From contig CAWDYC010000004.1 in assembly GCA_963806535.1 (NCBI GenBank), positions 64,001-128,000 on the forward strand: a DNA stretch of 64,000 bases, in the 5' to 3' direction. Source of the DNA: Candidatus Bathyarchaeota archaeon. GTDB lineage: Archaea; Thermoproteota; Bathyarchaeia; Bathyarchaeales; Bathycorpusculaceae. Positions within the stretch are counted from its first letter, which is position 1; each line of letters opens with the position of its first letter. Under the pieces are notes generated by a model. That model saw only the letters and a program-made list of their open reading frames with translations. It was not told the origin of the DNA and ran no database searches. A program made the translations under genes and the position numbers. Below, in pieces: positions 9,727-21,539 of the stretch.

Positions 9727-10058
9727 TTCGTTCACTGAACTTTTAAACGTTGTAAACAAAATGGACGAGTTGTTTAATAAATAGCTGTTTAAAACACTGA
9801 AGGCAAATGAACATTTAGAATATTCCTTCAATGCTTTCCGGTGTTGTCCTCGTAGGTGTAAAAATCTGATGAAACCGTTTGGTTTATTTTAATAGAAAAA
9901 GTTTCAATTAAGGTGCAAACAATCCTAATAAACTTTTTCCCGTATTTATGCAAAATTATAAATACAGTTAATTTGATATAGCCGCCTGAACGGAAGTGAG
10001 GGCTTGATTAGAAAGCTTGCTTTTCCGTTTAACAAAACTTAAGGAAAGAAAAACAAAA

Positions 10059-12777
10059 ATGAAAACATTAAACTTTAAAACAATAAAAAATAAAACCGCG
10101 ATTGCTTTGATTTCTATATTACTAATGCTCTCGATGACTATAGTTACAATTCCATTAATACATGCAGACGCCCTTCCCGCACCAGGTACTCATATGACCA
10201 CTTATTCATATCTCAACGTGTTTCCGAATCCCGCAGGCATTGGCCAACAAGTAACTCTTGGCATATTCCTTTCAAATGTCTTTCCGACCAACGAAGTCGC
10301 GAAGAACTTCTATGTTGACATTACGGACCCCAATGGAAAACTAACCACGCAAGGACCATATACTTCCGACCTTACTGACGGTACAGTTGCTTACTTTACC
10401 CCTGACACAATTGGGAACTATACAATTGTATTCAGATACGGAGGACAAATGCTGACCAACACCATGGGCTACGTTAATATCACCCAAGACCCTAGCCAAA
10501 GCTTGCCAACTACGCTGGTAGTGCAACAAGAACCCGCAGTACAACACGTGTTTCCGTTCACTCCGCTTCCAACATCATGGTGGCAGACACCAGTATCAGC
10601 TGAGAACTCTCAAAACTGGTACACTTTAACAGGAGCTTGGCTTGGATTACGTGGAAACGATTTTGCATCAACTGGAGGGTACAACGCCTCTGGCTACTAT
10701 AACCCATATACCGAATCGGTAAATGCTGGGCACGTCCTTTGGACGAAGCCTTGGCTAGCGGGCGGTGTAGCAGGAGGAATAAACGGTGGAGGAGAAGTCA
10801 CAAGTCACTATTGGTCAACGTTCCAGTACACACCAAGGTATGCACCAGTCTGCATCAACGGAATACTCTACTCAACGCAGTATAGCTTCGGCATGAGCTC
10901 TGGCGCTAATAACGGCATCGTTGCAATGAACTTATACACTGGAGAAACTCTATGGACAATAAACACTACTAACGCGTTGCGCTGCGGTAGCATATTCTAC
11001 ATGTATACGATTAATGACTATGGTGTTCGTGGTCCGTGGCTTTGGACTACAGGCACTCTTCCAGCATGCGACACGGGTGGAAACTTTCATTGCTGGTCCA
11101 GGTCAATCATCAACTTATATGAACACTACAGGAACGCAATGGAACCTCTATGATGGCGTAACTGGGCAATACGTTATGAGCGTAGTCAACGGCTCCTCTC
11201 TGACACTCGGACAAGATCCCAATGGCGACTTGATAGGCTATTTCACGAACAGCACTGCTGGCACACAAGTCATCCATCCGACGGCTGGAACAACAGCGTT
11301 GGCAACAACCACTGGAACCCACGTGACAGCTGTCAACCTGACGACATGCATGGGAGTAACCGCCGCTATGAGTCCGACCAACCTTAACAGGAACACCGTA
11401 CGAGCCATGCAAACAGGATACATATTTGACGTAAATGTGCCAACAAACATGAGCGGCGTAGTATTTTCCCCAGCTCTGGGCTTGTCTTCAGTAACTGGCG
11501 ATGCTTTAGTATTCACTGGAGGATCTATTATGGCTGGAACAATGGGCTTCGTCACTATGGCAAGCTTGGATGCCTTTACTGGTCAATACTTAAGCGCGAC
11601 AAACATAACGTATCCTGGAACGAAAGCGCTGCTCCCATACACAAGAGAGATGTCAGGAGCCGGCGACGGACTATATATTATGGGCAACGACGTTAACATG
11701 GACATTGTAGCTTACAACGCACGCACCTGTACTAAAGCATGGGACACACAATTGTTTGGAACCAATGGCGCTACACCTAACATCTACGACCTATTCCAGA
11801 TAAAACCCTACTTTGGAAAGGGTCTTAGCATCTGGGAAGCTTTAGGAGGCGATATCTGGGCAATAAATACTACAACAGGAGCCGTGGTTTGGTATGCAAA
11901 CACGACAATGTGGAGCGGTTCATCTGGAATTGAGACTCCCTACAACGTATGGCCAGTATGGGTCTTCAGTAGCAGCTGCGTTTCTAACGACGTTGGATAC
12001 TTTGCTGGAGGACATGAATATAACCCGCCGCTATTCCACGGAGCACAACTATATGCAGTAAACATGACTGATGGCTCGCTGGTATGGAAAGAACTAGACA
12101 CAAGCGTTACTTCGACGATTATTGCTTACGGAAAGGTAGTGTCTCTAAACGCTTATGACAACCAGTTGTATTGCTTCGGCAAAGGTCCAAGCGATTTGAC
12201 TGTGGAGGCTCCAAGCGTGGGAATTACAACGGCTGCACCAATAACTATCACAGGCACAATAACCGATGCGTCTGCGGGCACAAGCCAACTGTTGGTCAAA
12301 TCTAACTTCCCCAACGGTCTACCATGCGTCTCTGATGCAAGCGAAAGTCAATTCATGGAAGCTGTCTACCAACAACAGACAATGCCAAATAACATAACTG
12401 GTGTACCAATAACAATTAGTGTTCTTGACTCCAACAACAACTATAGGGTTATCGGCACAACGACGAGCGATTATACAGGACACTTTGGCTTAAATTGGAC
12501 ACCGGACATCCCTGGCAACTACACAGTCATTGCTAACTTCCAAGGTTCGAACAGCTACTATCCATCGTCTTCTTCAACTTACTTCAGCGCTATCTCACCA
12601 GCGACAGTAACATCCACACCGCAAGCAGTTCAACTAGGCTTAGCAACAACTAACGACTTAATGATGTACATGACAATCAGCGTTGTCGCCATCATAATTG
12701 CAATAGCAATAGCCGTATTATTGATACTCAGGAAAACAACCTTAAACACAAAACAATTTTCCTTTTCTTTTTTTTAA
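10059..12777 (+). CDS. PQQ-like beta-propeller cell-surface protein with Ig-like domains and C-terminal TM anchor (frameshift near 11080)
   Basis: Signal peptide; TG(E/A)xxW propeller repeats; LNAYDNQLYCFGKGPS; WTPDIPGNYTVIANFQGSNSY; TM tail. Confidence 0.85.
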
Positions 12778-12920
12778 AGCCAAATCAAAACTTTAACCTT
12801 AAAGTTGCAGCCCTAAGCTTAAGAAATATGTATTATAAATCGAAAACTATGGGGATAAGTAATTATAATTCATAAAGCGTATTTTTAAAACAAATCCATT
12901 TCCAGTTGGGATTCCCCTAA

Positions 12921-13481
12921 ATGCCAGAAAAAAACGCTTCTGCCATCGACATATTCGGCATGCTATCAGAAGACAGTCCTGAAGAGGCAAAAAAGAAGCG
13001 TAGGCAAGAACTTTTGGCACCAACAGGCGTAAAAGAACTTTTCAAAGAAGGCAAAATAAACATAAACAAATTTACTTGCGTTGGCGGCCAATGCAGGTTA
13101 TGCGTTAATGCTTGCCCAACTAACGCTCTCTACTGGGGAACAGGAGAAGTAGGAATCAGCGAGGACTTATGCGTTTACTGCGGTGCATGCGTTTCTAACT
13201 GCATGGTTGATGACTGCATAAAAATCGAGCGAAAACGGGAAGACGGCAAAATTGAAAAATTCAGCAAGCCAAACGATGTCGTCATGCTTGACGAAAAAAT
13301 AAGCGGAAAAAAACGTTTTGACCGTGTAAAAGCAATTTTTCCAACTATATCAAAGTACTGTGAAAATTATTGTAATACGCCAAAGGATGAACATGATTTT
13401 TTTGGTTACGTTAATAAAAGCACTAAAAAGCAAACGCAAAAGCAACAAAAACTAAGGCGGCATAATCGAGGCAACCGTTGA
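12921..13481 (+). CDS. 4Fe-4S dicluster domain protein
   Basis: CVGGQCRLCVNACP and CVYCGACVSNC. Confidence 0.85.
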   Translation: MPEKNASAIDIFGMLSEDSPEEAKKKRRQELLAPTGVKELFKEGKININKFTCVGGQCRLCVNACPTNALYWGTGEVGISEDLCVYCGACVSNCMVDDCIKIERKREDGKIEKFSKPNDVVMLDEKISGKKRFDRVKAIFPTISKYCENYCNTPKDEHDFFGYVNKSTKKQTQKQQKLRRHNRGNR

Positions 13482-14607
13482 GCTTCGGGTAGAAAGCTCC
13501 ATTTTGTCCCCGTACCCCTTTTTCACAAAAACATTTTCTAAACGCAGTTTATCTCCAATCTTTAATGCATTAAGGGCTTCTGCATGTTGTCGCCAAGCTG
13601 AAACTCTGATTATTGCCTGACTCATCTTTTAGTTCAAAAACCAACAACTTCACTGTTTCGCCTTTCGCTGTGGTTACTTCTTTGCTTTCAAGAATCGCTG
13701 AAACAACGCCTTCAACATTGGCGCTAAGGTTCTCAGTTAAACTGTTTATTTTCGCAAACTTCATCTCAGCAGCTTGAACATTAACAAAACTTGTGAAATC
13801 AACATGGACTTCTATGCCACCGTTTTTGGTTTCTTTCACTTTAGCGTTACCCAACTGCAAACATGCGTTTGCTTTGAGGGTTTTTTCAAGTTCTTGTGCT
13901 TTTTCATTCCAAGCAACCACAGTCACTTCTCCCGAATCATCGGCTAAAGTGAACCGCATGACGGTTCCGTCGCTTTGATCGCTTCGAGTGAATTTGGTTA
14001 ATCCTAAAACCGCTTTTACTGTGCCTGAAAGATGTACATTTCCAGATGTTTTGTTTAGGCAGCTTATTTTGGTGGCAAACTTGTCGATGGCTACGTATTC
14101 GCAGGCTTTTTCTTGAGGCTCCACTTCAATTTGGCTTTTACCGCCAATATGCAACTCAACTTTGCCGTACAGATCCTGCCGAGTATACCCATGAAGAAGC
14201 CGAATTGCTTGTCCAACTTTTAACTCGCCCTTCTCAACTAAATCAGCTTTATCATTCCACAAAACCACCCTTAAAATGCCATCATTATCCGCAATCATTA
14301 AAGTGGCAAATTTACCTGGTTTTTCTCCTTCAAAAGTTCGAGCTGGAAAAACAGCAACTAATCGACCCGCCACAGTAACATCATTTAGTCCAGCAAACAA
14401 ACGGCTTATGGATAAATTTCCATCATTATGAATTGTGTTTTGCTGCACTTCAACGCCGTATTTTGCTGCAATTAACCTCAAAAGCGTTTCATCGCCAAGC
14501 AACCCGCCTGTTCTGGATTTTTCAGCTTGGAGCTTTTCAAGCACCTGCTTTTCTGTAATTTCAGGGTTTTTCGCGAGAATGCTGTCGATGATTTCTTGAG
14601 TGGTCAT
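13452..14607 (-). CDS. Replication protein A-like multi-OB-fold ssDNA-binding protein (frameshift near 13612)
   Basis: Three OB repeats (IADNDGILRVVLW, LADDSGEVTVVAW, LKDESG.IRVSAW). Confidence 0.85.
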
Positions 14608-14705
14608 TTTGCGCCGACACGATAAAGATATGCTGGCGCTTTTAATTTTTTGCATTTTATGCCATTACTTATTATGTTTATTAAAAACGCTGTTTCTTTT
14701 TTAGT

Positions 14706-14990
14706 TTGGATCGCTGGAGGAAAAAACGGGTGGACGCAGCAATTTTTTATTCACTTGGCGTGGCGTTAATTGCTGTTGGAATAATCATTATTGTTGTAGC
14801 AATCATTTTAGCGTCGATGCGTGGTGCTGGGAAGGGAAAGGTGAAGGGTGCAGGTGTAATTATGATTGGTCCTGTGCCGATAATTTTTGGAACAGACAAA
14901 AAATCGGTCAAAACCGTTTTGGTGCTCGCTTTAGCCCTTACTGTAGCTGTGATTATTGCCATGGTAATTTTCTATTGGCTATTGAGGTAG
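14706..14990 (+). CDS. DUF131 (TIGR00304) membrane protein
   Basis: GAGVIMIGPVPIIFGT signature. Confidence 0.85.
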   Translation: MDRWRKKRVDAAIFYSLGVALIAVGIIIIVVAIILASMRGAGKGKVKGAGVIMIGPVPIIFGTDKKSVKTVLVLALALTVAVIIAMVIFYWLLR

Positions 14991-14996
14991 AACGGC

Positions 14997-15317
14997 ATGT
15001 TACGAAGCACGCAAGAAAATGAAGATGAAGGCATTGAAGTGTCTAGCAGGCTTTTCGGCTTTTTGATTTTAGGGGTAGCTTTGATTTTTATTGGCATAGT
15101 CGTTTTGGTAGTTGCTTCAGTGGTTTTAGGCGGTTCAGGAAGTGTTGGAGTTGTTATTTTTATTGGGCCATTTCCCATTGTTTTTGGTAAAGGACCTGAT
15201 GCTGTTTGGCTAATTTTGATTGGAATAATAATTGCTGTTTTGAGCATTGTGCTCTTTTTAATAATGAATAGAAGAATGGGACGGTTTCGGCGATTAGAAG
15301 TAAAGGAAATTTATTGA
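14997..15317 (+). CDS. DUF131-like membrane protein (tandem paralog)
   Basis: GVVIFIGPFPIVFG. Confidence 0.8.
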   Translation: MLRSTQENEDEGIEVSSRLFGFLILGVALIFIGIVVLVVASVVLGGSGSVGVVIFIGPFPIVFGKGPDAVWLILIGIIIAVLSIVLFLIMNRRMGRFRRLEVKEIY

Positions 15318-15436
15318 GTCTCTGTCTCTTCTTCTTCTTTGCCGTAATACACGTAAAGGAAGATCAGGGTTAATGCAATAAATATTGAGCCCATGAGGAC
15401 ATATTGTAAACTTACGAAGTATGCGCCTAAATCCAT
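15311..15436 (-). CDS. 41-aa single-pass membrane microprotein
   Basis: Hand translation MDLGAYFVSLQYVLMGSIFIALTLIFLYVYYGKEEEETETQ; AAGGATG upstream. Confidence 0.65.
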   Translation of the reverse strand: MDLGAYFVSLQYVLMGSIFIALTLIFLYVYYGKEEEETETQ

Positions 15437-15482
15437 AGAGATTCATCCTTACATTTTGTCATATTCTTATACCTCTTAATAT

Positions 15483-15895
15483 TTAAGGAGTAGCTTTTTT
15501 CCACTCATTCATCAACATATCATAAGTATCATCATTTTCATCTATTGTTTCAAACCAGTTTAGGTTCTGCGCAACCTTCTGCGTTAACAAATGATAACAC
15601 ATATGCACTTTTTTATCTAAAACCCGAAAGTAAAAATCATCACACGTACAGAATTCGGCTTCAGGCATAATCAAATAGTCCCGCTCTCTTCCAACAACAA
15701 TCCAAACAATTCTCCCACTTGGCTTGAAAACATACTTTTTCACCCGATTCTCTTTTAGATGCATCTAAGGCTTTTGTGAATCTTGACCCAAAAAGCTCAT
15801 AGAGTCTCCGTTATGTTGGTTCCTGACAGTTTGCCTTCTGCCTTTGCTTCTCGACAAATATCGTTTAACGTATCTATTTCTGAATTGCCGCTCAT
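15483..15895 (-). CDS. SWIM zinc-finger protein (frameshifted)
   Basis: FCTCDDF...CYH motif. Confidence 0.8.
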
Positions 15896-15940
15896 TTCTA
15901 CACTCGCTACTGAAAGATAGGTGGAAAGTGAATTTAGCTT

Positions 15941-16536
15941 TTAGCCTATGTCGATTGGTTCGCCTTTCGGCTTGTTTTCTGTTTCGGCCTTAGGAAGCAC
16001 TACTTCCAAGACGCCGTTTTTGTAGGTTGAATTTGCTTCTTTAACCTTTACTTTTGACTGGCAACTCAACTTCTTTGAAGTACTTGTATTGAGGAGTATC
16101 AACTGAAATTGTTAGTGAATCTTCTGTGCCGTAAAGTTTTATGTCGGTTTTTTCTACTCCTGGCAACTCCGCAACCACATGAACATCTTCGTTTGTTTCA
16201 ACAATATCTACAAGTGGCTCGCGTTCTTCCTTAACCTGAGGTGCCCCTTTCAAGTCCTTTTTTTATGTTGCCGAACTCTTGAATTTCAGGTTTGCCGTCA
16301 GGACCAATCTTCATGCTGTAACCGTAAACGAAGGGTCCAAGCTCTTTGACGGTGCTTCCGTCGGGAAGTTTGCGTTCCTTAACGTATTCTTTAGGCACTT
16401 TGTCCGTGAAATTTTTTAGTTCTTCATCCATCATTTTTTCCATTTCACGGAACATGTCATCTATGTCACCGAAAAACGGGTCTTTATCCCGCCGTTTCTT
16501 TGACCATTCAGGATAATCCTCGTTATCTGAAGACAT
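15941..16536 (-). CDS. hsp20: Archaeal small heat-shock protein Hsp20 (two frameshifts)
   Basis: GPFVYGYSMKIGPDGKP, EPLVDI, AELPGVEK, YKNGVLEV. Confidence 0.92.
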
Positions 16537-17122
16537 TTACACTCACCAACCCTAGTTTATGTTTTCGCTCCAATAAGTTTTATGTAAAACAAAATGCCTA
16601 TTTTATGATGCAGAAAGGTACTTTTGACGATGGCACGCTTCCGAGAATGAGATTGAGACGAAGAAATTGCCTGCTTCTCATAGAACTGCATCTGGAACAT
16701 ACGTGACCCAATCAGGAACAAGGAAGCATTAAACTTTCACAAAAGGTCAGATTTTCAAAAACTCATTAAATTGCAGAAGTACACTCGTGCTCGATACTTT
16801 CACGGCATAAAAACGTCGTGCAAGTTCAATCGCACATAAAATTCATGGAAAAATGGTTCAAAACTTCACACTGCTCCAAGCCATTTCCACAAAGATTTAG
16901 TAATTCTAAGCCTTTTTTAGACGTTTTCCAAGTTAAAAAATAAGAACTTTTTGAACCCTCAGGTTCAATTTAGCCCAGCAATGCTTCTCAAACTTCATCC
17001 ACGGCAAACTACTTGCGACCTACTTAACGCAGCAAGCAAATCTTTGAGGTCTTTTTAAAAGTTTAAATGATGGAAAACAAACTAAATCTCTTCAGCCACC
17101 AAAAAACGGTGGCAATTTGTGT

Positions 17123-17231
17123 GCCGGGGTAGCCTAGCCTGGCTAGGGCGCCAGACTCATAATCTGGAGTTTGTAAGGGGCAAGCGCCTTACGACCAGAA
17201 GTCACGGGCTCGAATCCCGTTCCCGGCACCA
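17123..17231 (+). tRNA. tRNA-Met(CAT), elongator type, 31-nt intron at position 45/46 (17170-17200), CCA encoded
   Basis: Acceptor GCCGGGG/TCCCGGC, anticodon arm CCAGA-CTCATAA-TCTGG intact; intron removal restores variable loop AGGTC. Confidence 0.9.
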
Positions 17232-17321
17232 ATTTTTACTATTTCCCACCTGATTTTGCGAGAAACCAAAAATCTTAAACCAATGACATCTCAAATAACT
17301 TTTTAACGGTTGAAGTGAAAC

Positions 17322-17678
17322 ATGAAAGACTACGATAACTTTTTTCTTCCAAGCAGCGACTTAAAAAAGGGCAAAGAATTCTACCAAGACATGCTAGGAA
17401 TGCCTGTTAAGTTTGATTTCTCAGACATGGGCATGGTCGCGTTTAAAGTCGGCGATAATGAGCCTGCAATTATCTTAAAAGACACCGCCAAGTTTCCAGA
17501 AACAAAACCGACCATCTGGTTCGTGGTTGACAATGTGCAGGAAGAATATAAGCGCCTTAAAGCGAAAGGGCTACAGTTTCTGTCTGAACCTTTTGAGATT
17601 CACACTGGAATGGCGGTTGAGTTTGAAGATCCATTTGGCAACAGATTGGGCTTTACAGATTATACAAAAAGAAAGTAG
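17322..17678 (+). CDS. VOC/glyoxalase family protein
   Basis: KEFYQDMLG, IWFVVDNV, FEDPFGNRLG. Confidence 0.9.
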   Translation: MKDYDNFFLPSSDLKKGKEFYQDMLGMPVKFDFSDMGMVAFKVGDNEPAIILKDTAKFPETKPTIWFVVDNVQEEYKRLKAKGLQFLSEPFEIHTGMAVEFEDPFGNRLGFTDYTKRK

Positions 17679-17689
17679 AGTCAGTAAGT

Positions 17690-18928
17690 TTATGACGAAT
17701 TAGTTCTTCTGCGTGTCGCCCGATACACAACTAATATGGCTACAATGACAATAATCGCAATTACAATGGCAATATAAATTACCAAATTAGCGCTAGGACC
17801 GATCGACCCCGGTATTGATGTGTGTGTTGGTGTTGGGCTTGGAATTGGGGTTGAGCTAATGACGAGACTACTAGTACCGGTACTCGACAAATAATCGGTG
17901 CTACCACCAAACGATGCACTTATAACGCAAGTTTGAGGATCGATATTAACATTATATGACATTACTGCTTTTCCTGAAGAGTCGGTGTTTGATAAGCCTA
18001 AATCTGTTTGAAATATAGAGAAACTTATTTGCTGATTGATTAATGGGTTACCGTTATCATCTAAAAGCTGGGCAGTTATCAGAGTCGAGTCCCCTTTCTC
18101 GGTCACTGATGGATTTACATTAACGGTGATTTTTGTTCCTAAAGGTGTTATATTTACCGGAGCATTCACATTTTCGATGTGCGATGTTCCCCTAAAGTCG
18201 TTGTATGTTATTGTAAAACTGACAGTGGCAGTGCCTATTGATAATGTACTTGGTGCTACAACTGAAAAGCTTGTGGATTTCGTTCCCTGACTTGATATAT
18301 CCCCTAAATCGGACGACATGGGCAATGTTTGTAGACCGCTTGAATCAACAATTGAGATGGAAGCCTTATACATAACATCGTTTCCGCCATTTTGGAAGCT
18401 GACGGACCAATCGGTAGCTGATGTTTTTCCTTTTTCAGTGGAAATCTGGGTTGGTTGCCAATTTGCCACGAAGAGTTTTACAACTTGAATACTGAAAGTT
18501 TTGGAGTCTTCCAAATAGTTTGTTCCAGAACTATCCCACCATAATTCTACTCTGCAGTTTAAAGTGGTGGGGCCAGACGGATTAAATGTCCATTGTCGTC
18601 CATCGGCGGTTCCTCTAAGGTCATAGTTTTCATTAGAGGTATAAAACAAAGCATTGTTTTCATAAAATTTAATGTAAATATTAGCTCCTAAAACACCACA
18701 TTTACTATTTTGATATGTTGCATGTATTGTGGTAAGTTGTCCATCATAAACTTGAGTAGTTCCACCATTCAAAATATTAATTGAACTATTGCCATTGGTA
18801 ACGTTTATGCCGTTAAAGGAAGCGTCATAATAAGGCTGAGCATAAGCAAATTGCACTATGCCAAAAACTGAACTTAACGTGATTAATGAAATTATTATGA
18901 TTGCTGACGTTAACAATTTGCGTTTCAT
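17690..18928 (-). CDS. Secreted Ig-like/CARDB-like surface protein with PT linker and C-terminal TM
   Basis: Signal peptide, beta-rich repeats, PIPSPTPT, TM then basic tail. Confidence 0.75.
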   Translation of the reverse strand: MKRKLLTSAIIIISLITLSSVFGIVQFAYAQPYYDASFNGINVTNGNSSINILNGGTTQVYDGQLTTIHATYQNSKCGVLGANIYIKFYENNALFYTSNENYDLRGTADGRQWTFNPSGPTTLNCRVELWWDSSGTNYLEDSKTFSIQVVKLFVANWQPTQISTEKGKTSATDWSVSFQNGGNDVMYKASISIVDSSGLQTLPMSSDLGDISSQGTKSTSFSVVAPSTLSIGTATVSFTITYNDFRGTSHIENVNAPVNITPLGTKITVNVNPSVTEKGDSTLITAQLLDDNGNPLINQQISFSIFQTDLGLSNTDSSGKAVMSYNVNIDPQTCVISASFGGSTDYLSSTGTSSLVISSTPIPSPTPTHTSIPGSIGPSANLVIYIAIVIAIIVIVAILVVYRATRRRTNSS

Positions 18929-19133
18929 TATATTTGCCCTATTCTTTATTCGATAGAACTTAACTTAAAACTTGTGAAGCGCAAATATGTAAAATGCTAA
19001 AGTTTTAATTTAATATATGATGTGGGTTTTCATATTAGACAGTATAGGTCCATGTAACTTAAAACTAACATAATTGCTATTTAAGCCAAACTCTTTTTTT
19101 ATTTCTAATCTTTAACTAATTAGGCGGTCTGAA

Positions 19134-20753
19134 TTGCACATCAAAAACAAGATTTGGCTTAATGCCTGGCCTGCCGAGGTGCCCAAGCACATAGATATCC
19201 CGCGAGTTTATCTCCAAGATATCCTGCAAAAAAGTACTAAGGAATTTCCACAAAAAATCGCCATTGTTTTCGGTGACCGAGAAATTTCCTATGCTCAGTT
19301 GGATTTGCTCTCAAACAAATTTGCTAATTCCCTTGTTAAGTTAGGCGTAAAGAAAGGTGAGAGAGTTGCGATTTTTCTGCCCAATATCCCGCAGTTTATT
19401 GTTGCTTATTTCGGAATTCTCAAGGCAGGCGGGGTGGTAACAGCCATAAGTCCGTTGCATCGAGAGCGCGAAGTTGAGTACCAATTGAAAGATTCAGGCG
19501 CACAAAGCATTGTGGCGCTGGATTCCCTTTATCCGATTATAGCGAAAGTTAAACAAAAAACACAGCTCAAAAACATCATAATAACAGGACTCGACGAGTA
19601 CTGCTATAAAAAAACGCCTCCCCCAGACGTTCCACACACTTTTCCTTTTCAGGTTTTGTTAAAAAAAGCCCTCTGTAGCTCTCCCAACGTGAAATTAAAT
19701 CCGAATGAAGACTTAGCAGCATTGCAGTACACAGGCGGTACTACTGGAACAGCCAAAGCCGCCATGCTGACCCACACAAACCTCGTTTCAAATGCTCTTG
19801 CCTTCGCCGCTTGGATAAAAGGTACAGCCGCCCAAGAAACCTTTCTGACGGCGTTGCCCTTATTCCACATTTACGGCATGACTACCAGCATGACCGTGCC
19901 CATCAGTTTAGCCGCAAAAATGGTGCTTATGCCAAGGTTTGAGCCAGCAAAAGCGTTAGAAGCGATTCAGAAGCACAAAGTCACGGTTTTTTGCGGTGTC
20001 CCAACCATGTACGCAGCGCTACTAACCAACCCCGAATTAGGGAAATACGACTTAACATCGATTCGCGTATGTATTTCGGGTGCTTCTGCTTTGCCGCCAC
20101 AAATCCAAAATCAATTCATGCAAATTACAGGCGGATTCCTCGCGGAAGGCTACGGGTTAACCGAAGCGTCTCCAGTTACACACTGTAGCCCCGTCGACAG
20201 GACCATGAGAACTGTGAAGGTTGGTTCAATCGGCTTGCCGCTGCCCGACACAGACGCGCGGATAGTTGATTTGGAAATAGGCGAAAAAACGCTTGGCGTA
20301 GGAGAGACGGGTGAGTTGGCGGTGAAGGGTCCACAGGTGATGAAGGGTTACTGGCATAAATCCGACGAAACCGCTTTGGTTTTGCATGACGGGTGGCTTC
20401 TAACAGGCGACATCGCTCACATGGATAAAGACGGCTACTTCTATATCACCGACCGCAAAAAAGACCTTATAAAAACCAAAGACTACAGCGTTTACCCACG
20501 CGAACTTGAAGACATCTTCTACGAGCATCCAGCCGTGAAACTGTGCGCGGTCGTAGGAAAACCAGACAAATGGGCAGGCGAAGTGCCAAAAGCTTACATC
20601 GTGCTCAAAGAAGGCATGGTTGTGTCGGCAGAGGAAATAATGGCTTTTGTTAACGATAAAGTTGCACCTTACAAGTCAATCCGAGAAGTCGAATTCAGAA
20701 AAGAATTACCTATTAGCTCAGCAGGCAAAGTTCTGAAGCGTTTGCTTAGTTAA
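19134..20753 (+). CDS. Long-chain fatty acid-CoA ligase
   Basis: YTGGTTGTAK AMP-binding loop, EGYGLTE, TGDIA, LPISSAGKVLK. Confidence 0.93.
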   Translation: MHIKNKIWLNAWPAEVPKHIDIPRVYLQDILQKSTKEFPQKIAIVFGDREISYAQLDLLSNKFANSLVKLGVKKGERVAIFLPNIPQFIVAYFGILKAGGVVTAISPLHREREVEYQLKDSGAQSIVALDSLYPIIAKVKQKTQLKNIIITGLDEYCYKKTPPPDVPHTFPFQVLLKKALCSSPNVKLNPNEDLAALQYTGGTTGTAKAAMLTHTNLVSNALAFAAWIKGTAAQETFLTALPLFHIYGMTTSMTVPISLAAKMVLMPRFEPAKALEAIQKHKVTVFCGVPTMYAALLTNPELGKYDLTSIRVCISGASALPPQIQNQFMQITGGFLAEGYGLTEASPVTHCSPVDRTMRTVKVGSIGLPLPDTDARIVDLEIGEKTLGVGETGELAVKGPQVMKGYWHKSDETALVLHDGWLLTGDIAHMDKDGYFYITDRKKDLIKTKDYSVYPRELEDIFYEHPAVKLCAVVGKPDKWAGEVPKAYIVLKEGMVVSAEEIMAFVNDKVAPYKSIREVEFRKELPISSAGKVLKRLLS

Positions 20754-20815
20754 TCTTTGACTGTGAGTGTGGGTGTAAACTGGTTCATTGCGGCAATTTT
20801 TAAATTTGAGGGCTT

Positions 20816-21085
20816 TTGTTAATTATTGGGGATTTAGTGTCGGTTGTAGAAATTGATGAAAGAGGCAGAATGACTATCCCAAAAAAGATAGGCGTAAAAA
20901 AGTCCAGAGCTATCGTTATACCTGCAGGCTCATTTTTCATAACCATACCCCTTTCAAAGGCACCAGAAAAAGAAGCACAAAACTGGTTGTCTACCGAGAA
21001 AGAAAGAACGGAGTTAAAGATCGAAGCTGAAAAACTTGCCAGAAAAGATGCAGTAAATAGAGCAAAAAGGCGACGACAGCTTTGA
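20816..21085 (+). CDS. vapB: AbrB/MazE-type antitoxin
   Basis: IDERGRMTIPK; overlaps PIN gene. Confidence 0.85.
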   Translation: MLIIGDLVSVVEIDERGRMTIPKKIGVKKSRAIVIPAGSFFITIPLSKAPEKEAQNWLSTEKERTELKIEAEKLARKDAVNRAKRRRQL

Positions 21086-21498
21086 TTATTGAGACAGATA
21101 TGTTGTACGCTTATGTTAAGAAAGAGGACTGGCTTAAGGAAACAGCAAACAATCTGATCTCTCGGATAATTAACGGAGACTTTGCACAAGTCTACGCTTC
21201 GAGAGACTGTCTTCACGAATTATATTATGTCTCAAAAGAGGAAGGCGTAACAACTGATGAAATAATTGCTCGATATGCTGCACTCACTGCCATCCAAAAC
21301 CTTACTTTTCTTGAAACCACTTCAGAAATAGACCTCTTGGCGCTAGTATTAATGAGGCAATACAGCTTCGGCTCTATTTTCGACGCTTATTACGCTTCCA
21401 CAGCACTCAACCAAGTAGAGGATCACACAATAGTCTCAACGGACAAAGTGTTTGACTGCATCCCAGGATTAATTAGAATAGATCCACGAAAAATTTAA
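21082..21498 (+). CDS. vapC: PIN-domain toxin
   Basis: IIETDMLY, FDAYYASTA, IVSTDKVFD. Confidence 0.88.
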   Translation: MIIETDMLYAYVKKEDWLKETANNLISRIINGDFAQVYASRDCLHELYYVSKEEGVTTDEIIARYAALTAIQNLTFLETTSEIDLLALVLMRQYSFGSIFDAYYASTALNQVEDHTIVSTDKVFDCIPGLIRIDPRKI

Positions 21499-21539
21499 TC
21501 GAATATTAGCCCAATAAAGAAAACCGCCGATGATTAGAT

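Noticed and set aside
16560-17100. Long gap between hsp20 and tRNA-Met, with MARF.. start resembling eL40
   Set aside because: No eL40 Cys pattern in any frame and no convincing ORF or structure.
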